A stretch of DNA of 64,000 nucleotides from an uncultured bacterium (GTDB lineage Bacteria > Omnitrophota > Omnitrophia > Omnitrophales > Abzuiibacteriaceae). How positions within the stretch are numbered: position 1 is the stretch's first letter; each line of letters opens with the position of its first letter. The stretch lies in the NCBI GenBank assembly GCA_964387845.1, contig CAYLXA010000002.1:128001-192000 (forward strand). The letters are read 5' to 3'. A program made the position numbers and the translations under genes. The notes beneath the pieces are model-generated. The model searched no databases. It was not told the DNA's origin and worked only from the letters and a program-made list of their open reading frames with translations. Shown in pieces: positions 1-8,815 of the stretch.

Positions 1-222
1 TCAGAAATCTCCAAGTCTTTGTCCAATGCTCAAACTGAGATTTTGGGCCCGGCGCCGCTGCCGTTCTATAGGTTAAGAGGCCATTTTCGCTGGCATCTAA
101 TGATAAAAGTCAAAAACCAGACCGAGCATCCGCTGCTCGCAATTCGCCAGGCGATTCAATCAGCTAAAAAAGTCAGCAAAGTCTTTATGGCGGTTGATAC
201 GGACCCGGTCTCCATTCTCTAG
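1..222 (+). CDS. priA: Primosomal protein N' (PriA), C-terminal fragment; the gene starts upstream of the window
   Basis: Open frame from position 1 in the same frame as the listed ORF at 19. C-terminal '...LPFYRLRGHFRWHLMIKV...' resembles the PriA C-terminal domain. Confidence 0.6.
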   Translation, partial: SEISKSLSNAQTEILGPAPLPFYRLRGHFRWHLMIKVKNQTEHPLLAIRQAIQSAKKVSKVFMAVDTDPVSIL

Positions 223-274
223 AGCTATTTTCACATCTTTTCCGCTTTTCTGAATCGTGCTAAAATATGCCGCT

Positions 275-763
275 ATGGCGATTCTAAAAGTGCTGACATA
301 TCCCGATCCGATCCTCAAAAAGAAGGCAGAGCCTGTTCAAACAATCGGCCCCATAGAGAAAAAACTCATCCGCGACATGATCGAGACCATGTATACCGAT
401 GACGGAGTCGGCCTTGCAGCGCCGCAGGTCGGTGTATCGAAACGCATTTTTGTAGCCAGCCCGCACGCAAAGCCCGGAGAAGAAATGGTTTTCATTAATC
501 TTGAGATTCTAGAATCCTCCGGAACTCAAACCGGGCCGGAAGGGTGCTTGAGTCTTCCCGGCGTATCCGGACAAGTTCAGCGCGCCAGGAAAATTAAATA
601 CAAAATGATGACTGAGGACGGCAAATGGGTCGAGGGTGAAGCCGCTGATTTCTTGGCACGAGTTATTCAGCATGAATTAGACCATTTGGACGGAAAATTA
701 CTGATTGATCGCGTTGATTTTACGCAGCGCCAGGAAATCCTCAGCGAGTACCAGCTCATATAA
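275..763 (+). CDS. def: Peptide deformylase
   Basis: Motifs GLAAPQVG, EGCLS and HELDHL. ATG at 275 gives MAILKVLTYPDPIL, a typical def N-terminus. The ORF track's 257 is a GTG extension. Confidence 0.9.
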   Translation: MAILKVLTYPDPILKKKAEPVQTIGPIEKKLIRDMIETMYTDDGVGLAAPQVGVSKRIFVASPHAKPGEEMVFINLEILESSGTQTGPEGCLSLPGVSGQVQRARKIKYKMMTEDGKWVEGEAADFLARVIQHELDHLDGKLLIDRVDFTQRQEILSEYQLI

Positions 764-770
764 ATACCCG

Positions 771-1706
771 ATGAAACTTGTTTTTTTTGGCTCTTCCGAT
801 TTTTCCATTTCTGTATTAAACGTGCTCACGGACTCTGATCATCAAGTCGTGTGCATCGTCACAACGCCGCCCCGCAAAAAAGGCAGGGGACAAAAAGAAT
901 CTCCGACGGTCGTGCAAAGCTGGGCCGAAAATAAATCAATTCCCGTTTTAGCGCCTGAAAAAATTAATACGCCGGAATTTGTCGAAAAAATAAAATCCTT
1001 ACAACCGGATTGTTTGGTAGTGGCTTCGTATGGAAAAATGATTCCTGATGCGGTGTTAAAAATCCCCGCACAGCAGCCGCTGAATGTACACCCCTCCTTG
1101 CTTCCAAGGTATCGAGGTGCAGCGCCCATCGCGCGGCAGCTTTTAAACGGAGAAGCGATCAGCGGCGTCACAATTGCACGCATCACATCAAAATTGGATG
1201 CCGGTGAAATCATTGCCCAGCAGCAAGTTAAGATTCTGCCGGATGATAATGGTATTTCGCTCGCCCTTCGGCTGGCAAAATTGGGCGGAGATCTAGCGCT
1301 TAAAGTACTTGGTGAAATTGCCAAAAATAAAATCAAACTTACACCCCAAGATGAATCAAACTCCAGTTATGCCGAGAAGCTCAGGCCTGAAGAGGGGCGA
1401 ATTGATTGGAGCCAATCGGCTGATCAAATAAATCGGCAAGTACAGGCCTTGGTTCCGTGGCCATGCGCTTACGCATTTTTCAATAAAATCCGCATCAAGG
1501 TCCTGGAGGCCGGCGTGGGGCAAAAAATCTCGGAAGATTTACAACCTGGAAGCATTGTTAAAATTGACCCGAAAGGTACCCTTGCCATTCAAACGGGATC
1601 GGGAATCTTAAATCTTAAGACAATTCATCCGGAATCAGGAAAAGCAATGAATGCTTATCAATTCGCGCTCGGGCGGCATCTGAAAGCGGGCGATCTTTTC
1701 TTATGA
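771..1706 (+). CDS. fmt: Methionyl-tRNA formyltransferase
   Basis: MKLVFFGSSDFS... N-terminus and formyltransferase core (NVHPSLLPRYRGAAPI). Classic def-fmt pair. The ORF-track start at 705 is a TTG extension overlapping def; ATG 771 follows the def stop. Confidence 0.9.
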   Translation: MKLVFFGSSDFSISVLNVLTDSDHQVVCIVTTPPRKKGRGQKESPTVVQSWAENKSIPVLAPEKINTPEFVEKIKSLQPDCLVVASYGKMIPDAVLKIPAQQPLNVHPSLLPRYRGAAPIARQLLNGEAISGVTIARITSKLDAGEIIAQQQVKILPDDNGISLALRLAKLGGDLALKVLGEIAKNKIKLTPQDESNSSYAEKLRPEEGRIDWSQSADQINRQVQALVPWPCAYAFFNKIRIKVLEAGVGQKISEDLQPGSIVKIDPKGTLAIQTGSGILNLKTIHPESGKAMNAYQFALGRHLKAGDLFL

Positions 1707-2860
1707 ACAAAACAAAAATACTACATCTAACGACCCATTTGAATATTGGCGGTATCACAACCTATATTTATTTATTGGGCAAGGGACTTGACTCGGCTCA
1801 TTATGAGACCTCTGTTTTTTCAAGCGGCGGTGAAATGGAAAAACAATTCAACAAGTCCGGAATTCGTACTTACGCGTCACCATTCAGAACCAAGAGCGAA
1901 TTAAGCCCGAAGCTTTATTTCGCCATTCCGGAAGTAATTCGCATTATTAAAAACGAAAATATTAATTTATTGCATGCACACACCCGCGTTACGCAAGTCA
2001 TGGCGTGGTGGATCCAGAAAATCACCGGGATTCCTTATGTCTCAACCTGTCATGGTTTCTATAAAAGACGGCTAGGCAGGCGTTTGCTGCCGGCTTGGGG
2101 CAATAAAGTAATCGCGATTAGCCCGCCGGTGGCTGACTCTCTGGTAAACGAATTTAAGGTTCCTGCTGAAAAAGTTAAAACCATTTTGAATGCTATCGAT
2201 ATTGATACTTTAGAGGATTTGGTTCGACAAAAAAATCAGTCAAGCATTACCATCGAATATGATTTGCAATCCACAAAACCTATTTTGGGAATAGTGGCTC
2301 GGATTGTAAAAGATAAGGGGCATGAATATTTGCTTAAGGCCTTCGCGCAGCTGCTGCCTCAATATCCGGACTTGAAATTATTGGTGGTTGGAACCGGCAG
2401 TTATTTGTCCGACGTTAAAAAGCTGGCTGATCAGTTAAGCCTCACTAAAAATTTAACATTTGTGGGCAATCTTAATGATGTTACGAAAGCGCTGGCAGTG
2501 ATTGATATTTTTATATTACCCGCTGTCTGGCGCGAGGGTTTTGGCTTGTCGATTGTCGAGGCGATGGCATTAAAGAAACCAGTTATTGCAACCAATATCT
2601 GGGCTCTCAATTCATTGGTCCAAAACAAAGTGAACGGACTTTTGATTCAACCCAAAAACGTTACAGAGCTGGCTAGTGCGATTACGGAGCTGATTGAAAA
2701 TCAAGACCTGAGAAGAGCGGTAGGTGAAAAAGCTTACAAAACCGTGCAGGAACAATTCTCAATCAAGCGAATGACACGGGATTTCGATCGCCTATATCAA
2801 CAAATACTGCAATCTGACAGCAGATTAGCCGGCAAGAAATCTTCAGCGATGGCGCGTTGA
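1703..2860 (+). CDS. Glycosyltransferase family 4 (GT1-fold) protein
   Basis: N-terminal GT4 region (HLNIGGITTY) and C-terminal GT1 domain with the EGFGLSIVEAMA motif. Overlaps the fmt stop (ATGA). Confidence 0.8.
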   Translation: MNKTKILHLTTHLNIGGITTYIYLLGKGLDSAHYETSVFSSGGEMEKQFNKSGIRTYASPFRTKSELSPKLYFAIPEVIRIIKNENINLLHAHTRVTQVMAWWIQKITGIPYVSTCHGFYKRRLGRRLLPAWGNKVIAISPPVADSLVNEFKVPAEKVKTILNAIDIDTLEDLVRQKNQSSITIEYDLQSTKPILGIVARIVKDKGHEYLLKAFAQLLPQYPDLKLLVVGTGSYLSDVKKLADQLSLTKNLTFVGNLNDVTKALAVIDIFILPAVWREGFGLSIVEAMALKKPVIATNIWALNSLVQNKVNGLLIQPKNVTELASAITELIENQDLRRAVGEKAYKTVQEQFSIKRMTRDFDRLYQQILQSDSRLAGKKSSAMAR

Positions 2861-2884
2861 CAGTCTTTTCAGTATCTGTATAAT
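2857..2884 (+). promoter_or_regulatory. Near-consensus sigma-70 promoter upstream of gap (TTGACA-N16-TATAAT)
   Basis: TTGACA at 2857-2862 and TATAAT at 2879-2884, read directly. An AGGAGG Shine-Dalgarno site sits at 2930-2935 before ATG 2944. Confidence 0.6.
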
Positions 2885-2931
2885 ACCGAGATTGCGTCTT
2901 TTTAAAATGTTTAGTCATTTAGTGTCATTAG

Positions 2932-4047
<1,116 letters not shown>

Positions 4048-4084
4048 CCCGGACTACTTTTCTTAAATTCCTAAAGGTGGGGAA

Positions 4085-4381
4085 ATGCTGAAGTTCCGCC
4101 TTCAAGTAATGAGCCTGAAAAGAATCTTGTTTGACGCTGACGTCGAACAAGTTCATATTTTCGGCGATGAGGGCGAGTACGATCTTTTGGCCTATCACTA
4201 CCCTATTATTGGCGCCTTGCCGGAAGGCGAGGTCCACATCAAAGACCACAAAAACATCCCGCTTCGGGCAGGTGTGGCGCTTTTTCGTCAGAACCGCTGC
4301 CTGATTATTATCGAAGAAAAGGATGCGGAAGGCGCACCAACCGACAAGCCTTCCATCAACCCAATAGGCAAGAAAGACTAG
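4085..4381 (+). CDS. F-type ATPase epsilon-subunit-like protein (AtpC N-terminal beta-sandwich domain only), not next to atpD
   Basis: By-eye alignment to AtpC: L.VVS.E..F.G.VE...V.G.EGE.GI...H.PL...L.PG...I..... Good SD (AGGTGG) precedes it. The stop overlaps the cdaA start (TAGATG). Confidence 0.5.
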   Translation: MLKFRLQVMSLKRILFDADVEQVHIFGDEGEYDLLAYHYPIIGALPEGEVHIKDHKNIPLRAGVALFRQNRCLIIIEEKDAEGAPTDKPSINPIGKKD

Positions 4382-5143
4382 ATGTGGCTTTCAGCGTTTG
4401 CTTTTATTGTTTCCATCGTTTTTCTGATCCGCAGTCTTGAAATAATTCCCGGCGGCCAGCCGCTTTTAAATGCATTGGTGTGCCTATTTTCACTGTTAGC
4501 AGCCCTCTTCTTTCTTCCTGGCGAGTTGATTAGTTCGGCAATTTTAGAGGGTTTCGGGTGGTTTGTTGCAATCTTTGCCGGCAGTCTTGTTTTGATTGAA
4601 TTTGTTCAATTGATTTTTAAAAGACTTTTGCGGTGGGGATCGCTCCGATTGCAAACCACGGCCGGTCTTTCTCCGGAACATGACGAAATTTGCAAAGCGC
4701 TTGATCACATGGCAAAGCAGAAAACCGGCGCCCTTATCGTCCTTGAACGTAAAGGATCATTGAAGCATTTGTATGAAAATGGGTTTCAATTCGATAGTGA
4801 TGTTCGAGCTGAAGTCATCATCTCGCTTTTCGACAAAAATTCGCCGTTGCATGACGGCGCAATGATTATCAGCCAAAACCGGATCAAAGCATTAAAAATC
4901 ATCCTTCCATTAACTACGCGTTCTGATGTACCGCTCGGGATCGGGACCCGCCACCGTTCGGCAATCGGCCTGACTGAGACAACGGATGCCATTGCGCTTA
5001 TCTCATCGGAAGAGCGGGGCATGCTAAGCATTTCTTACCAAGGCGCTTTGGTAGTAGCCAACTCTAAAAACCAGTTCGCAGAACTCTTAAAACGAGCACT
5101 GAAGGGCTTTCCGATCATTGAGCCTGTGCAAGAGTCTGACTAA
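4382..5143 (+). CDS. cdaA: Diadenylate cyclase CdaA (c-di-AMP synthase), membrane-anchored
   Basis: Three N-terminal TM helices, then a DAC domain with DGAMII and GTRHRSAIGLTE motifs and ...ISSEERGMLSI. Confidence 0.85.
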   Translation: MWLSAFAFIVSIVFLIRSLEIIPGGQPLLNALVCLFSLLAALFFLPGELISSAILEGFGWFVAIFAGSLVLIEFVQLIFKRLLRWGSLRLQTTAGLSPEHDEICKALDHMAKQKTGALIVLERKGSLKHLYENGFQFDSDVRAEVIISLFDKNSPLHDGAMIISQNRIKALKIILPLTTRSDVPLGIGTRHRSAIGLTETTDAIALISSEERGMLSISYQGALVVANSKNQFAELLKRALKGFPIIEPVQESD

Positions 5144-5158
5144 TTTTGTCATATTTTC

Positions 5159-5186
5159 TTGATTTTCCGCTAAACTCGCGTATAAT
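5159..5186 (+). promoter_or_regulatory. Sigma-70-like promoter (TTGATT-N16-TATAAT) driving a short transcription unit
   Basis: TTGATT at 5159-5164 and TATAAT at 5181-5186, read directly. A strong terminator follows at 5396-5427. Confidence 0.5.
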
Positions 5187-5209
5187 TACATTACTTTTTG
5201 GAAAACTCG

Positions 5210-5359
5210 ATGGAAAACACTCTGAACCTAAAACACTTTAAAAGCAGTGTAAAACCCGCGACAGGCGCCGTGTCGATGGCGTGGTCTATTATGGGCCACG
5301 GCTATTGTCATCGCCGCAAGCTCGTGGGCTTGAAGGAGGTTCAAGCGTTACTATCGTAA
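5210..5359 (+). CDS. Candidate 49-aa small ORF (MENTLNLKHFKSSVKPATGAVSMAWSIMGHGYCHRRKLVGLKEVQALLS) inside the promoter-terminator unit; a non-coding RNA is an alternative
   Basis: The ATG lies ~20 nt after the -10 element with only a weak RBS. It is below the ORF-track length cutoff and was translated by hand. Confidence 0.25.
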   Translation: MENTLNLKHFKSSVKPATGAVSMAWSIMGHGYCHRRKLVGLKEVQALLS

Positions 5360-5395
5360 AGTAGTTTAAAGTAGTAAAAGCAAAATCAACTTAAG

Positions 5396-5427
5396 CCCAT
5401 GGCTGAAATTCAGTCATGGGTTTTTTT
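5396..5427 (+). terminator. Rho-independent terminator
   Basis: cccatggctgaa / ttcagtcatggg stem of ~11 bp with one G-U pair, followed by a TTTTTTT run. Confidence 0.7.
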
Positions 5428-5445
5428 ATTTTCAGGAGGTTTCAG

Positions 5446-5661
5446 ATGAGACAGACAGCAAAGCTGGTCCCAAAAGCCGGCTTCTTTACGGTCAACAAGG
5501 ACCCGGTAAAATTGACGGCCCTTTTATACCTGCGGGAAGCGCTTTTGGCGGAGCAGTATGAAGAGTGCGCCGAATTTGTGCGGATCGCGGAAGAATTCGG
5601 TGCGCACGGGTTTGAAATCCAGAATTTACTGGAAGACCCGAGGCGCATGCCGAAGGCGTGA
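5446..5661 (+). CDS. Small hypothetical protein with a UVR-like motif
   Basis: AGGAGG SD at 5434-5439 then ATG 5446. The LREALLAEQYEECAEFVRIAEEFG stretch resembles the UvrB/UvrC (UVR) interaction motif. The ORF-track start at 5416 lies inside the terminator T-run. Confidence 0.5.
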   Translation: MRQTAKLVPKAGFFTVNKDPVKLTALLYLREALLAEQYEECAEFVRIAEEFGAHGFEIQNLLEDPRRMPKA

Positions 5662-5846
5662 TTTTGGTGCCGGTGTTATGACTTTAACTAATCGCAACTT
5701 GAGATTCCTTGTTCGCCATTGGTTTTTGAAGGGGACGGGTGTGTTCGGGTTTTGTAAAATAGCGCTAGTGTTTATCGGAAGTGAACTATATAATCAAAAA
5801 CAGAAATTATTTTTTACCATTTATTCTATTGACTGCACGATGCCGT

Positions 5847-6221
5847 ATGAATCAAAAAATCGCTCTTTTCCTTTTATTGTCTGTGATTACAAGCTGTTCT
5901 GGAGGGCATGTTCTCGCTAAATGGGCGGTCGTTCAAGCGGAAGACACGTTTGCAAAAGCGTCCGATATGCGCCATGATAAGAACAAGCACGCTGGGCGCA
6001 TCCGCCTTTACGAACGTGCCTGCGCGCAGTTTGTTAAGGCTTATGAATTAGATCCGGGCGTATTTACGCTTTACCGCATTGAAAACGCAATCACCGCCTG
6101 TGCGTGGGCAGAAAACTATGCCGCAAAAGAAATCATGCAGAATTTTGAATTTGATTACATTGATCAACATCCGACCGAAGCCGAATACGGCGATGCCATG
6201 CCGCCCATAAGTTTTGAGTAA
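5847..6221 (+). CDS. Hypothetical lipoprotein
   Basis: MNQKIALFLLLSVITSC signal peptide with a lipobox (ITSC). The ORF-track start at 5781 is upstream of the signal peptide. Confidence 0.55.
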   Translation: MNQKIALFLLLSVITSCSGGHVLAKWAVVQAEDTFAKASDMRHDKNKHAGRIRLYERACAQFVKAYELDPGVFTLYRIENAITACAWAENYAAKEIMQNFEFDYIDQHPTEAEYGDAMPPISFE

Positions 6222-6223
6222 TT

Positions 6224-6916
6224 ATGCCGCCAACGACTCAGAAAAACTTCAAATTATCACCCTCAACGCTAAATTTATTTCTAGACTGTCCAAGGTGTTT
6301 TTGGCTCGAGAAAGTGAAGGGGATCAAGCGGCCGCGCGGCATTTTTCCGTCGCTTCCGGGCGGCATGGACCGCGAAATCAAAAATCATTTTGATATTTTC
6401 CGCGCAAAAAAGAAACTCCCGCCGGAATTGTCATCACCGGTTTTTACGGGCATAAACCTTTTTGATGCTCAAAAACAGCTCGACTTGTGGCGCAATTGGC
6501 GCACCGGTTTGGAATATCATGACGAAGGCGGTAATGTGTTGAGCGGTGCGCTCGATGATCTGCTCGTCCAAGGCGATCTCTACATTCCGTTTGATTACAA
6601 AACGAAAGGCTCGCCGACGACCGAAGAAGATGCGGTCAAATATTATCAAAATCAATTAGACTGTTACACGCTCATGCTGGAAGCCAATGGAATGAAAAGT
6701 GCCGGATTCGGAATTCTTTTGTATTATTCGCCAAAATTAGTTTCAGAAAACGGAAGTGTTGCATTTCAAACACAACCGATTAAAATAGAAACAAAGTCGG
6801 AGCGCGCCAAATCAACCTTTGCGCGCGCCCTTAATTTAGTGAAAGGTCCAATCCCTTCGGTTAATTTTAATTGCGAGTACTGCACCTGGAACAACAAGCT
6901 GCGTGCCGCCAACTGA
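6224..6916 (+). CDS. PD-(D/E)xK nuclease, Cas4/DUF83-like, with a predicted Cys4 Fe-S cluster
   Basis: N-terminal LSPSTLNLFLDCPRCFW (Cas4-like CxxC), a D...D-Y-K catalytic triad (DDLLV...IPFDYKTKG), a QhxxY motif (YYQNQLDCY), and a C-terminal CEYC. Confidence 0.65.
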   Translation: MPPTTQKNFKLSPSTLNLFLDCPRCFWLEKVKGIKRPRGIFPSLPGGMDREIKNHFDIFRAKKKLPPELSSPVFTGINLFDAQKQLDLWRNWRTGLEYHDEGGNVLSGALDDLLVQGDLYIPFDYKTKGSPTTEEDAVKYYQNQLDCYTLMLEANGMKSAGFGILLYYSPKLVSENGSVAFQTQPIKIETKSERAKSTFARALNLVKGPIPSVNFNCEYCTWNNKLRAAN

Positions 6917-6929
6917 GTAAAGGTGTTTT

Positions 6930-7742
6930 ATGAAACCCAATTTTGTTCCGTTTATTATTGCATTCATTGTCATCACATTTATCGCTTCGGGCTGCTCGGT
7001 CAAAGTGATCGAGGACGGCGAAGCGGGCGTCAAGGCAACTCTCGGAAAAATCGAAGACAAGCCACTGGGGCCGGGGTGGTACATTTTCTTTCCGATTGTT
7101 TCTTGGATTGAAAAATGGAACGTAAAAACACAAGAAATAAAAGAAACCGCCAGCGTTCCTTCATCGGAAGGCCTCATTTCCACGCTGGACGTTTCGGTGC
7201 TTTACAATACATCGATTGATAAGGTCGTGTCTGTCCGCACAACAACAGGCTACAATTATAAAGAAATCATCTTGGAGCCCTTTGTCCGCGAGTCAATCCG
7301 CAATGTCGTGAGCGGCTATGAAGTGAAAGCGCTTTTTAGCGAAAAAAGCAGGAAGGAAATCGGAGAAAAAATTCTTCAGTTTCTGAGAGAAAAATTAGAA
7401 AGCCGCGGCATCACGGTCCAGGACGTTCTGTTGCGTGATGTGCGCCTGCCGCAAGCGTTTAGCCAAAGCATCGAAATCAAGCTCAAAACCGAGCAAGAGG
7501 CCCTTCAAAAGGAATTTGAGCTGCAAAAAGCCAAGAAAGACGCTGAAATTGAAGTTGCGCGCGCAGAAGGCGTTGCCAAAAGCAACCGAATCATTGCCGA
7601 CAGCATCAATGAAAACTATCTTCGGTATAAATGGATTCAAGGCCTTCAAAACACGAGCTCTCAAGTGGTTTATGTGCCGACCGAAGCAAACCTTCCGATT
7701 TTAGAGGCAAATCGGTGGAAAGCCGCGGCTGAAAAGAAATAA
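6930..7742 (+). CDS. SPFH/Band-7 (prohibitin/HflK-like) domain lipoprotein
   Basis: Signal peptide with a lipobox (IASGCS), then an SPFH-type core and a coiled-coil EAxQ-rich C-terminus. Confidence 0.7.
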   Translation: MKPNFVPFIIAFIVITFIASGCSVKVIEDGEAGVKATLGKIEDKPLGPGWYIFFPIVSWIEKWNVKTQEIKETASVPSSEGLISTLDVSVLYNTSIDKVVSVRTTTGYNYKEIILEPFVRESIRNVVSGYEVKALFSEKSRKEIGEKILQFLREKLESRGITVQDVLLRDVRLPQAFSQSIEIKLKTEQEALQKEFELQKAKKDAEIEVARAEGVAKSNRIIADSINENYLRYKWIQGLQNTSSQVVYVPTEANLPILEANRWKAAAEKK

Positions 7743-7747
7743 TATCA

Positions 7748-8302
7748 ATGAACAAAAAAGCTTTGGTGATACTGGCAAATGGTTGCGAAGAAATCGAAGC
7801 CGTTACTCCGATCGACGTCCTGCGCCGTGCAGGCGTTGAAGTAACGGTTGCAGGCCTGGATAGCAAGGTCATTACGGGCGCTCAAGGTATTAAATTCGAG
7901 ACAGATTTATTGTTGAAAGATTACAAAGTAACGCCGGATGCCATTATTTTACCCGGCGGTGCCCAGGGTGCGCGGAATTTAAGCCAATCCAAAGAAGTTT
8001 TGGAAGTCGTAAAATACTTGCACGATCAAAAGCGGCTCGTGGCTGCCATTTGCGCGTCTCCGGCTGTTGCATTATCGCCGACTGGGATTTTGGCAAACCG
8101 CCAGGCCACTTGCTATCCCGGCTTCGAGAAGGAATTCCCGAGAAATGTTATTTTTAAAGAAGACCGCGTCGTGATTGATCAAAATATCATTACGAGCCGC
8201 GGCCCCGGATCAGCGCTTGAGTTTGCACTTAAAATTGTCGAAGAATTGGTATCCAAAGAAAAGGCGCAGACACTCAGGGAAGGGATGCTTGTGAAGGTAT
8301 GA
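7748..8302 (+). CDS. DJ-1/PfpI family protein (ThiJ/YajL-like)
   Basis: Typical length of 184 aa. Nucleophile-elbow motif AAICASP and the GGxxGA pattern. Confidence 0.8.
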   Translation: MNKKALVILANGCEEIEAVTPIDVLRRAGVEVTVAGLDSKVITGAQGIKFETDLLLKDYKVTPDAIILPGGAQGARNLSQSKEVLEVVKYLHDQKRLVAAICASPAVALSPTGILANRQATCYPGFEKEFPRNVIFKEDRVVIDQNIITSRGPGSALEFALKIVEELVSKEKAQTLREGMLVKV

Positions 8303-8421
8303 TTACCGAGAGCAAATGTCCGGCCTGCAATTCGGAGTTGGTGATAAAAAAAGCAAAATTCATCTGCTCGGTCTGTCATTTAATTGTTGAAACTTGCTGC
8401 GACGGCGGAAAGTGTGATTAA
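8299..8421 (+). CDS. Candidate 40-aa zinc-ribbon protein (CPAC...CSVC...CC..GGKC)
   Basis: Translated by hand: MITESKCPACNSELVIKKAKFICSVCHLIVETCCDGGKCD. The ATG overlaps the DJ-1 stop (ATGA) and its TAA overlaps the next ATG (TAATG). Below the ORF-track cutoff. Confidence 0.4.
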   Translation: MITESKCPACNSELVIKKAKFICSVCHLIVETCCDGGKCD

Positions 8422-8690
8422 TGGCTAAATTTTTTGACCGGCACTTCAAAACAGCGCTTGTGGTCCTTGCCGCGGTTTTTCTGTGGATTTATTACGTAAG
8501 CAGCCAAAACGGGCGTTATCAGGTAGAGCGCTACGATACGGATATTCATATTTTTGACACTCAGCGCGGCATTTACTATAAAACCACTTCCAGCGGTTCT
8601 GTTGATGTCATCGATCCGATCGGCGGGTCTGTTAAGTTCAAAAAACTTCCCTTTATGATTAAAGAGCGGAAATTCATTGCCCGCGAATAG
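8421..8690 (+). CDS. Hypothetical single-pass membrane protein
   Basis: N-terminal TM helix (ALVVLAAVFLWIYYV); no recognisable domain. Translationally coupled to the upstream gene. Confidence 0.5.
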   Translation: MAKFFDRHFKTALVVLAAVFLWIYYVSSQNGRYQVERYDTDIHIFDTQRGIYYKTTSSGSVDVIDPIGGSVKFKKLPFMIKERKFIARE

Positions 8691-8746
8691 TTTGATAAAC
8701 CCCCTGGAAAGCCCTCTTTTTATCTGACCCAAATCCTCCGAACGGC

Positions 8747-8775
8747 TTGTAACTTCGCGCAGTCAGCGCTATAAT
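8747..8775 (+). promoter_or_regulatory. Sigma-70-like promoter upstream of glgB (TTGTAA-N17-TATAAT)
   Basis: TTGTAA at 8747-8752 and TATAAT at 8770-8775, read directly. ~40 nt leader to ATG 8816. Confidence 0.5.
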
Positions 8776-8815
8776 AAAAGCCTTTTCCTAACTATAATCA
8801 AGAGAGGGACTTGGG

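Noticed and set aside
705-770. ORF-track N-terminal extensions that overlap upstream genes (fmt 705, hisB 39315, hisF 41517, trpG 44205, alaS 35447, batC 57808, dnaK 50195)
   Set aside because: These begin at GTG/TTG or spurious ATG codons inside the preceding gene. In each case an ATG (TTG with AGGAGG SD for hisB) lies right after the upstream stop, and its encoded N-terminus matches the family consensus.
842-1336. 164-aa minus-strand ORF inside fmt, and many similar antisense ORFs (e.g. 2431-2628, 3198-3420, 14372-14895, 36065-37213, 57132-57788)
   Set aside because: They lie entirely inside well-supported + strand genes, have no RBS or domain signal and show biased low-complexity composition. 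They are shadow ORFs.
5330-5350. tRNA T-loop-like 'GGTTCAAGCG' in the 5.2 kb intergenic unit
   Set aside because: It lacks the full GGTTCGANTCC consensus and a matching acceptor or D-arm. It forms a simple gcttgaa-GGAGG-ttcaagc hairpin instead, so it is not a tRNA or tmRNA.
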